Virus record (IMG/VR): IMGVR_UViG_3300030329_001543
Coordinates: 1-55,807 of that record
Length of the DNA stretch: 55,807 nucleotides
Direction: 5' to 3' (one strand)
Origin: a virus
Taxonomy: Duplodnaviria; Caudoviricetes
Positions 9,931 through 20,800 of this stretch are shown here, one piece after another; within the stretch, counting starts at the first letter, position 1, and every line of letters starts with the position of its first letter. A program made the translations under genes and the position numbers. The notes under the pieces are model-generated. The model had not been told where the DNA came from, searched no databases, and saw nothing but the letters and a program-made list of their open reading frames with translations.

Positions 9931-11816
9931 TGGCTAATATTAATATACAACAAGCACCAGATGTAGTTCTTGAAGAGCCAGGTTCAGTATTTAAAGGATT
10001 AGCTGGTAATGTATTACAAGGTGTAATAAGTGATATATTTTATCAAGCAAGACAAGATAGAAGAACTCAACAAGCTAGTTTATGGGAAGGGTATAAATTA
10101 CATGGTGAATTAGGGATTAAACTTGCAGACCCAGTTTTAGTTGAAGAAGGTATTGCTAAAATAGATTTAAAATTATCTGATGCTAGAACAAGTAACGCAG
10201 ATAAAGAACAACTTAGCGTATTAAGAGATAGTTTTGAATTACAATTAAAAGACCTTAAAAAGAAAGAACCTACGAAAGATGTTGCTTCTTCAGTAGCAGG
10301 GTTTCAAGATTTATTTCTTAATGCTAAAGGGGGAGGTAGCCCTGAATTTATTGGAGATGCAATAAATGATATGCAACATGAATATGATAGATTAATTGAT
10401 GAACATATTCCAGAAAGAATGGGAGATGTTGCAGATATTACAGAATCTTTAGAAGCTATGAGAAATAATGAATGGGCTGAATTTGCAAATAAATACTATC
10501 AAACTTCTTTTGACCCTCAGACAGGTGAACAAATATCGACTAATGAATTAAGAGATGATTTAACTAATCAAGAATTAATTCAGTTGGGATTAGACCAAGA
10601 AATTTTATCAGCAAAAAGTAAAGGATTACAAGAAGAAGCAAAAATAGCTGTTGAGGCTTCACAACTTGACCCAGAAGCCTATTTAAGAGAAGTTAGACAA
10701 AAACCAGGAGACAGAGAACTTGCCACTAGTCTTGATATATTATCTGGTCAAATAAGAATACTCGAAGAAGAAAAAAATAAATCTGAATCTATTAGAGATT
10801 GGAATATAACAATTAATGAATATGAAAAAGTTTTAATGGATGGAAAGAAAAATCCAGAAGGTTTTGGAGAATTGTCTAAGGCTCTTTTTGATGATTTAAC
10901 TGAAATTGCACAAGCAAATAGTTACCATCTTCAAAAAACTCATTTTGATATGCTAGATGATTTACAAAAAGATGCTAAAAATATAATTACTTCTTTAAAT
11001 ATACTTGATAGAGTTGCCTTAATTAAAGATAGCGGTGGATATAAAGATGAAGTTGCTCAAGACCATTTACAACAAGCATTTGATGAAGCTACTAGAGCTT
11101 ACGTTACTGGAGACACAGGGGCAGTTTCAAAAGCTGTATCTTCAATTAACTCAGCTATTAATGCAGAAGGTCGTTATAAAATAAGAATTGCAAAAGGTAT
11201 TGAAAATGATAAGAAAACAGAAACAAAGAGAGTTAAAGGTTTATTAGGAATAGAAGCTTCTAAAATAGCTGAATCATTTGGTAAAGGAGCTAAAGGAGCT
11301 GAAAGTAAAAAAGTATTTGATAGTGATTATTTAGGTGGCGGTTCTTATTCAGTTAATCAAAATCCAGAAGGGTTTCTCAAAGGTTTAAATATAGACAATC
11401 CTCAAAATTTAAATGCTAGTAAAGTTGCAGTAGGTGAAAATGTTGCTAAGCTTGTTCTTTCAAGTGATTTAGAAGGAGTCCAAGATAAAGCAAAAGCTAA
11501 GCAATTAGCAAATCAAGCTTTAAATACAAATTTAAGCAACGAGTTACAAGCTAAAGCTTTAGATGAATTATTTTCAAAACATCTTCAAGATGCTGATACT
11601 GATTTAGATTTTGAAGGAATAGGAAAAAGAGACACATCAGCTAAAAATTTATATTCTCAATATTTAAGAATGTATGAAGTATTACATACTTTTGGAATTG
11701 AGTCATCTTCTAAATGGGGTGAAGATTTTGGAGCGCAGTTTATATCGGAATATGGTCACGGTTCTGCAGCAATAGATTCTTTAACTGGAGAAGATTATGG
11801 AGGACTTTTTGACTAA
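9930..11816 (+). CDS. Ejection/internal virion protein (helical, 628 aa)
   Basis: TAATG coupling, acidic all-alpha composition, cassette position. Confidence 0.55.
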   Translation: MANINIQQAPDVVLEEPGSVFKGLAGNVLQGVISDIFYQARQDRRTQQASLWEGYKLHGELGIKLADPVLVEEGIAKIDLKLSDARTSNADKEQLSVLRDSFELQLKDLKKKEPTKDVASSVAGFQDLFLNAKGGGSPEFIGDAINDMQHEYDRLIDEHIPERMGDVADITESLEAMRNNEWAEFANKYYQTSFDPQTGEQISTNELRDDLTNQELIQLGLDQEILSAKSKGLQEEAKIAVEASQLDPEAYLREVRQKPGDRELATSLDILSGQIRILEEEKNKSESIRDWNITINEYEKVLMDGKKNPEGFGELSKALFDDLTEIAQANSYHLQKTHFDMLDDLQKDAKNIITSLNILDRVALIKDSGGYKDEVAQDHLQQAFDEATRAYVTGDTGAVSKAVSSINSAINAEGRYKIRIAKGIENDKKTETKRVKGLLGIEASKIAESFGKGAKGAESKKVFDSDYLGGGSYSVNQNPEGFLKGLNIDNPQNLNASKVAVGENVAKLVLSSDLEGVQDKAKAKQLANQALNTNLSNELQAKALDELFSKHLQDADTDLDFEGIGKRDTSAKNLYSQYLRMYEVLHTFGIESSSKWGEDFGAQFISEYGHGSAAIDSLTGEDYGGLFD

Positions 11817-11844
11817 TAATTCGTGACCAGAATCATGGAAAATT

Positions 11845-14800
11845 ATGATAAAACAATTTTACGCACCTTGGTGGATACATACAAAAGACCCTCTTTCTGT
11901 AAGTGAGGAACCCTATAATATCTACATGGATGATGATTTATTATCCGATGAAGATATTGGTTTAAAAATACAAAAACACACACCTGAATTATGGGATTTA
12001 GCAGGTAATTATGCTGTTGGTCAAGCTAAATTAGATGAAAATGGTAAATGGACATATCCAGAATGGAATGAAGAAGCTAAAGAATTTTATGAAAGCACAT
12101 CTAATAGAGCTAGGTATTTATTAAATAATTATAAAGATTTTGAACCACTTAGAGAAAAATCACAAGTAGACAATTTAAATATTTCTTTTGGAGAGAAATG
12201 GGGATATGGAGTAGATGAATCATTTGAGCAAGCTGGTAAGGTTGGTATTCCTTCTATGCTGGCAACTGGGACAGAAATAGCTTCTTCAGCTTTAAGGTCT
12301 TTAGATGATTTAAGTAAAAATTTAGATTTAGCTTTTGAAAAAACATTTGGCGAAAGAGATGAAGCAGCAGGTCATAGAGGAATGTTGTTTCCATTTTCAT
12401 CTCAAGATGAAAAAGATTTTTGGAAAGAACAATATCAAGAAAAAAGAGATAGGATTAAAAAAGAAAAAGAGAAAAAAGAACCAGATGAATTAACATTTAA
12501 ATTTCTTGATGAAATAAATGAATGGGCTGAAAATACAGCAATAAAAAATCTAAAGTCTTTTGAAAAAAGACACGCTAAAGATTTAAGATACCAAGCTTAC
12601 CAACAATACTTACAAAATAAACCAGTGGGATGGTTTACCACTTTTGAATCTCCAGAATATTTTACAGATACAATGATTTCTATGGTGCCTTCTATGGTTG
12701 TTATGGGTGCGACTATGGGAGCTGGAATGATAGCGGGAGCTCCAGCAGCTATTGGAATTGGAATGGTAGGACATGCTCCATTAGAAGCGTCTGGCACATA
12801 TACAGAAGCCTATAGATGGACTATGGATAATTTTCAAGATGAAGAATTAGCAAGGTCAAATGCAGCTTGGTCTACTGCAGGTTATTTAACTATAGTAGCA
12901 GGAACTGAAGGTCTTGGAGCTAGCAAGTTGATAAAAGCTCTTATGCCTAAAAAAATACAAAATAGTATAAAGAATAAAGCATTTAGAACTCTTTATAAAG
13001 GAAATGTATCCGATGAAGGAAAGAAAACAGTTCTTGGTGAAATGGGTAGAAAATGGAGAGAAGGTAAACTTGTAGATAAATCAACATATCATGCATTAAC
13101 ATCTCCATTTTCAGAAGCTCTTCAAGAGTATGTTCAATATGGAGGTCAAATATTAACTGAAGCTGGCTATAAAGATGAAAGTATGAATATTATAGACATT
13201 GCTATGATGAATCATCCTTTAGTAGACCCAACTGAATTGCATGAATCGGTAGTTGGTGGAGGTTTATTTGGAAGCATATCTGGAGCTTCTGGATATTTAG
13301 GTAAAAAATTATTTTTTAATGAAGATACCAACATGGCTAATAATATATTAGCTAATGAATATGGAGTTGACACAGGTGTACCTAATGTAGATTTAAGCGA
13401 AGAAAGTCTTTATAATGTTCCTATTGTTAAAGGTGATTCTAAACCGACTTGGGAAAATTATCTTAAAGAACTAGCTAATCCTAAACCTGGTGAAGATGCT
13501 ACTATTGTTAGTAGAGAAAAATCAAAAAATACTCCATTAGGTGAGTTAATTAAAAAACAAAAAAATTATGATAATACAGCTATAGCTGAAAAAATGGCGG
13601 AAACTATTAAAGATATGGGCAAAAATGAATGGGATAAAGTAAGCCAAGACACTAAAAATAAAATTAATTCTCATTTATTAGGAGCTGTTTTAGGGTTACA
13701 AGGTAAAGGTGGGGAAGATATTGTTTCTTCAAAAATATTAAGAAATAATGATAACATAGCTAAAGACATATTAGATGGTAAAATATCATTTGAAAGGATA
13801 GGAAAAGGTCAGAAAACCCAAAGAGGATTTAATGTTAAAAGAGGGACAAGGACATTAAAGATTCACGATAAACAATATGCTGATAGTGTTGTCAAAATGT
13901 ATGAATCTGAAATATCAGAAAATTTTGAAGGTAAAGATATAAATGAAAATTCTACAGCTAGATACTTAGAAAATACTTTTGGTATAACAATAGATAAATC
14001 ATTAAAACAAGAATTAAAAAGTTCTATACAGCAAAATATTGAAGGCCAAGTTGTTTCTCAAGCTCAAAGAGAAGTTGAACAACAGGCTGAAAAACAAATT
14101 ATAGAACAAATGGAAAAAGAAACTACTGAAGCTGTAAAGAAAAAAGTAGGGATAAAAGAATACAAAACTGAACAAAAAGAATCTCCTAAAATAATTGGTC
14201 AAGAAGCTGTCTTAACAACTGGTGATTATGCAAATCAAAAAGGTGTAATTACTGCTTATGATGATAAAAAAGAACTTGTAAATATTAAACTACCCGATGG
14301 AACAAGAGTGGGACCCGTAAAATCGAGTGATGTTCAATTGTTTATGTCGGCTCCTCCTACTAAACCTACTGTTTCTAAAAAACCTGTTGGAATTATTGGT
14401 AAAGAAGGTAAAACAAAAGTTGAAACAAAAGATTCAATTAGCAAAGATTTGGATGTTTTAAGTAAGAAACAAGACAAATTGTTTGGAGAAGCAGATGATA
14501 CAATTGCATTAAAAGTTGAAGAAAAATTATATGAAAAGTATGATTTATGGGATGATGATGGGAATTTACCGACAGGTAATGAACTTATAAAAATTGAAAA
14601 AACAGGTTTGGATTATAAAAAAGATTGGACTGGTGAAAAATTTTCTATAACAGAAAAAGCAAAAGAAATTTTAAATAGTTCTGAATTAAAGGAACTTCAA
14701 TTAAATGTAGATGAAGTTAATAATATTGAAGAACAAGCAAGTAAAATTATTAAAAAATTAAAAGTATCTAAAAAAACAACTACAAAGAAAAAGCCTACTG

Positions 14801-17800
14801 ATAAAGATAAATTAAAACAACAAGTTAACCAAGCAATAGATATTAATAGAGAAATACGACAATTATCTACTGTTGCTGGATTACAAAAAGCTTTAGGTGA
14901 GGATACTAAAAAAGATGATAAAAAAATCAGAACAAATAAAGAATTGTTAAGAAGTTTATTATCAAAAGATGATGTACGACAAGAATTAAGTAAGCAAGGA
15001 AAATTAAAAGCAATAGAAAAAATTCTAGGTGAAGATACTGATACTAAGAAAAAACTTCACAGAATTGGAGATGCTTACGAAAAAGGAGAAAGAAAAGCCA
15101 CTAAAGCATTTATATCAAAAGCTGTTAGAGAAATTATGGGTAAACATTCTCCAGATATTAATAAAATATTTGTAGAAGAAATAAAAGAAGACCCTGCAGC
15201 TGTTGGTGCTTATAGTAATGGAATGGTTGAGTTTGTACTTGGAAGAGCTACTCAACACACAGCTTATCACGAACCTATACATTGGTTTATGAATAGAGTT
15301 TTAGATGATAATGATTATAATACAGTTATTAATCATTTTAAAGGTGAAGAACCTGCAACAAGAGCGGCTGCTGATTGGTACATGGGGCAAAAAGATAGAA
15401 ACTTAACAGAAAAAATTAAAGATATATTTAGAAAATTTTGGATTGCAATTCAGAAATTCTTAAATATGCAAGTTACAAAAGAAGATACAATTTTTGATAT
15501 ATTTGATAGAATAGGTAGAGACTTTACTATCAGAAATTTTAGAGATAGAATGAATGAATATGATATTGGAGCTGATGTGGATTTTGATGGGTTGCAACCA
15601 ATATATGCTTTGCCATCTATTACGACTACAACTTTTGAACAACAAATAGAAAAGTATATACATATACCTTTATCTGAATATAGACCAAGAGAACAAACGA
15701 TAGGAAGAGCAGAATTTATACTTGAAAATCCATATGTAGCGGGTAAATATAGTGGAATATCAATGTCTCAGATTCCAGCTTCTAGTTCTAGTGAAATAAT
15801 AATGCCATATTCTTATGGTTTTTCTGAGGTTTTATCGAATCAAGGAGATAAAATTTCTATATCTTCTCCTTTCTCTACAAAAAATCTTTCTAAATATGAA
15901 AAATCTGTTGTAGAAAATTTCTATAAAAATATAAAAGATGCAGAATGGACTGAAGGAAAAAAATCTGTAGATAGGGAATTATTAATTCAAAAATACGAAT
16001 CTTATATTGAACAGGAATTTCCATTAAATGCATATGCTGTAAGGTATAAACCTGAGAATATTAATCAAAATGGAAACGCTGTTCCAATGCTTTTACCTTC
16101 TTTATTACCATCTGCTGAGAAAAATAATATATCTGATGATTTCTTTTCTTCTAGAATTATGCTTACTGATAATGAATTTTACAAAGGATTTGGTCACAGA
16201 TTTCAATTAGAACAAAATTATATTGATGAAGATAAAAGTATTGAAAAATTTCCAAGTAGTCCTCAAGTAAATGGACTTGGGTGGTATGTGTATGTAGAAC
16301 CTAAAATGAAAAGACTGAAGCAATTAAATGACATTGCTATAATATATGAAATTCAACAAGATATAAATGATGTTATTGAAAAATTTGATGATAAGGGAAA
16401 AGAAGTTCAAACAAAATTAGATTCTGAAATAGATAGAAAGATTGCAGAAGGTATTATAACTCCAGAAGAAGGGGCTCGTTTATATTTAAAAAATAAAGCA
16501 TATTTTCTTGCAAAAGACAGAATGCTTCAACATGCTTCACATACAGGGGATAAAGTTTTAGTTAAAGAATTTATAACAATGTATAATAAAGACCATGAAT
16601 TTAAATTAATTCACCCTAATCGTATGCCTGATGTTTATGATAAATTAATAAGAGAAACAAAAAAATTAATAAATCGTACAAGTGACATAATTAATGAAGG
16701 AATACAAAAATCTATTGTTAATAGAATGATGACTAAAGTTATGTATGATGAAATGACACATTGGAATAATTTTAGAAAATCACTTGGTAAAGACCCTTAT
16801 CAATATATAGATAAATATTATAATTTTATTAATAAAAGATTAAATACCATCTTAACTGGTCACCCTGATAAAACTTTAAAAAATAAACTGGTTAATGATT
16901 TACAATCTACACTTGGTGATAATGTAATTGTACATGGTGAGGGTGGAGCATATTCATCGAGGAACTTAATACCTGTAGATAAAAATGGAGAACTTGATGA
17001 ATCAAGATTACAAAGTATTTCATCTCTTTTAAATAAAATTGGACTAGATAAAGAAAGTAAAAAATATATTTCACTAACTTTAAAAAATCAAAAATCTAAA
17101 TTTCCTACTATTTTAAAGACTGTTGCTAGAACAGCTGATATGAAAGAGTTAGGAGTTGAAATAAAATTTAGAATAGCATTATATGATTTTTTTAAAAGAA
17201 CTTCTGCTGATTATTCAGACCTTATAAAGAAATCGGAAGGTTCTTCTCAATTAGAACGTTCATTTAATACATATTGGGCTCAGAAAAATGCATATAATAA
17301 ACATATTAAAAGAAATCAAGAAAAACGTAATCAAAAAAATATAAAATTAAATCAAAGACTTAAATGGAAACTTTCAGATTGGTTTACTTCTGTTTCTAAA
17401 GTATCTAAAATAGCTCAAAGATATGTAGATTTATACAATAGACAAGTAGATGGGATAACAAAATCTTTACAAGATAGAGTTGATTTATGGGTTGATGATT
17501 ATGATAAGTTAAAATCTGGAGATACAGCATCTTTACAAAAAACAGATAAATTAGTAAATGAAGCAAAAAGATTTAAAGAAATATCCATACATCATTCTAT
17601 TTTAACAGCTCATCAAAGAGGTAATAAATATTGGGGAATAACAGGAGCTGACGCTAATACAAAATTAGAAGGGAATCCAAGAGCTTCTAGATTGTACGTT
17701 AATGATTATGAATTAAATGACCCTGACAGAGCTAAATCTTATGAAGAATGGAAACTTCGGTCTAATATTCTTACTGATAAAGATGTAGAAATTGATACTG

Positions 17801-20800
17801 AAAGAGAAGCTCAATTAAGAGAAATAGGAGCTGGAAATATTGTAGGTTTACTTGGACAAGAAATCGCAAGGGAAATGGGTGTAGAAAAAGAATTTGCCAA
17901 AAGGAAAAAATTAAAAGTACTGCCTTGGGTAGATAAAGAATTTGGACTTCAAAAAGGAAATCATTTAAAAAGTGATGAGCAATTAGAATCTGAATTACTT
18001 GCTATAAGACAAGATAAAATATTAAAAAGATACCAACGGATTTCTGTTTTAGATAAAGATAATAAAACTTTTACTTTACGAAATATAAAATATAATACTT
18101 CTCGTGAAATATCTCTACCTGAAGCAATTCAATTATATAAAGATGCTCCACAATTAGGAGCTGTTTGGACAGCTGCAAGAAAAGTATTAAGAAAATTAGG
18201 ATTAAATCCAGAATTTAAAAAATATTCAGCATTAGAAGCTCCTATTGTTCGAGTAAGAATACCTGACAATTTTAACGCAGTTCCAATAAAACGATTTCAT
18301 AAAATTGAAGAAGTGCCAGAGTTTCAAAAAAGTGAAAATAATTCAGAAGAAATACAAAGAAAGACTGGAGTTAAAGATGAGTCAACTCCTATAAAAGATA
18401 CAATTGTAGAGGATGCTGTTAATTTAAACAGAGCTGTACAAAACTTTAATAAACCTGAAAAAATAAAAGAATTATTTAGTTCTTCTTTTAATAAAATAAA
18501 AAATAAGTATGGTATAGAAGTTGCTGATTATGTGCCAATATTAAGTAAATCAATAAATAAATCTATTGCTATTAGAGAAGATAGGGATATGGTTAAGAAT
18601 TTATTATCTGAATGGGCTGTTAGTGTAGACCCTGATGTTGGAATTAAGATGAGAAGTGATAATAAAGCTATGAAATTAATTGATTTAATCGGCAAGACAG
18701 GAGCTAAGAAAAGAAGAATTAGAAGGCAACTTGCTGATTTAGATGTTGTAGAAAACATTGAAAGAACATTAGAAGGACACAGTCCCGAAGATAGTCATGA
18801 TGTTACTCGTGAAGGGTTGCACATATCCAATACAACTGATATTGAAGAAATAGAAAATAATAACGATATTGATACTTATAATTTTTCTGATGATAGATTT
18901 TTTAAATTTTTAGAAGAAACAAATGTTAGAGGTTATTTATCTCCAAAAGAAACTGCCGAATTAATGTCTGAAGTTGTTGTAAAAGATTTTGCAGGTTTTA
19001 CATCATATCTTTCATCTAAATATAATTGGGAACCTGTTACTACAGCTGACAATAATACAGTTAGGGGATTTTGGGTAAGGAATCAAATGATTAATAGGCA
19101 ATCTGGATACGATAAACCTTCTTGGTGGTATGCAAATGTTACATACGATGGAAAAGTATTAAGCAATAAAGATGATAAAAGATTAGTCCCCAAAGTAGGA
19201 GGTCATCCTAAATATGGAAAAGACCTTAGAAGCAACAAAGACCTTCCAAGAACTGTTGGTGTATCATTTTTAGATTATGATAATATGTCTTATGAATGGT
19301 CTAGTGGTGGAGATATTAAATATTCAAGAATGTATCTTAAAGATATGATTGATGTTCATAAGGGAGAAGAGAAAGGTGGGTATTTTTCTACATTATCTTA
19401 TGTGACATTAAATGGGCAATTAATAAGAGATTTAGATAGAAATTTTGCTAAATACGCTGATGAAGAAATAGGAGATAAAAGAGCTAGAACTATTGTTGCT
19501 GTTAAAGCTTCTGGAAATCAACCTTCTTTTATAGTTGCAAGAGCAAGTGAAGACATTATGGAAATATCTTCTAATATTGATTCTGTTGTGGATTATCTTG
19601 ATTATGAAGTAAGCATTGGTAATATGAATGAATCAAATAAAAAAGAATTATTAAAATCAATGCAACATGAAATTAAAAAATCTCCATTAAATAATTATGT
19701 AATAGCTCAACATATACTTACGCATGAAACAATGAAAAGAGCTCGAGGCAGAGATTATTTAATAAGAACTCCTAATACATCTCATCACAGCAGAAGATTA
19801 GGTATTGACGATGGTAATGGAATTGTAGCTGTAGGAGCTGGCGATTTTACTATTAAAATTATAGACCAATCTAAAGCATTTATTTCTAAAGGAGTTCCAG
19901 GTGCAACAGGTTCTTCTGCAAAAATACCTATGGCTGATTACATAGCTGGATTACCAGACAAATATCATGGTGATGGTTCTTTGTGGGTAGATTCTGATTA
20001 TTTAGATAAAACGTCATATAACATAGGTCGAATACCAACAACTGGAAATTCGTCAAAATTAAGAGAAATTAAAACAAGAATAAGATTTATAAGTAAAAAT
20101 GATGATTTTTCAAAAAAGCATTATGGTGAAGATTTGCAACCTGGTCAAGAATTAGAAGGAACTAATTACTTAGCTATGAAACATAATGAATTTGTTCCAG
20201 AAGAAAACATATATATAACAGATGAAGCTGATAACATAATAGCTTACACTGTTAACGTAGATGGAAGTATTCATATATATGATGCTGATGACAACAGAAT
20301 GACTATGTTTGGAACTCTTGATGAAGCTAAAGAACCAGATGGTGGTAGCGGTGCTTTTAAGCTAAATGGAAGAATTTCTACTAATATACTAACATTACCA
20401 GAAGAATCAAGGCGCATAGTTAAAGTTCCTAAACAACAAGGTCATAATAGTGCAGCGTTTCCGTGGATGTGGATGTCTCATTTATACGATTCTTCTTTTG
20501 ATGGTTTAAGAGATTCATTATTAACTAGAATGTTAAATGTAGCAAAAGGTAATATGAGAGCTTTATTTGCAGCTAGGCAAGACCCTCAAGTAATGAGAGC
20601 TTTAATGGGGCAATTTAAATCTGATGGATTAACTATCATGAATGAAGTAGATAGATTAATTGAACCTTCAGAAGGATTAATGATACAAGATGGATTTATG
20701 TATCCTCATATTATAAGAGGAATATTAAGTCCTATAAAAAATAGAGTTGTAAAAGAAAATTCTTATGGAGGAAGAAGAAGAGGTTTCGGAAGTTTTCCTG

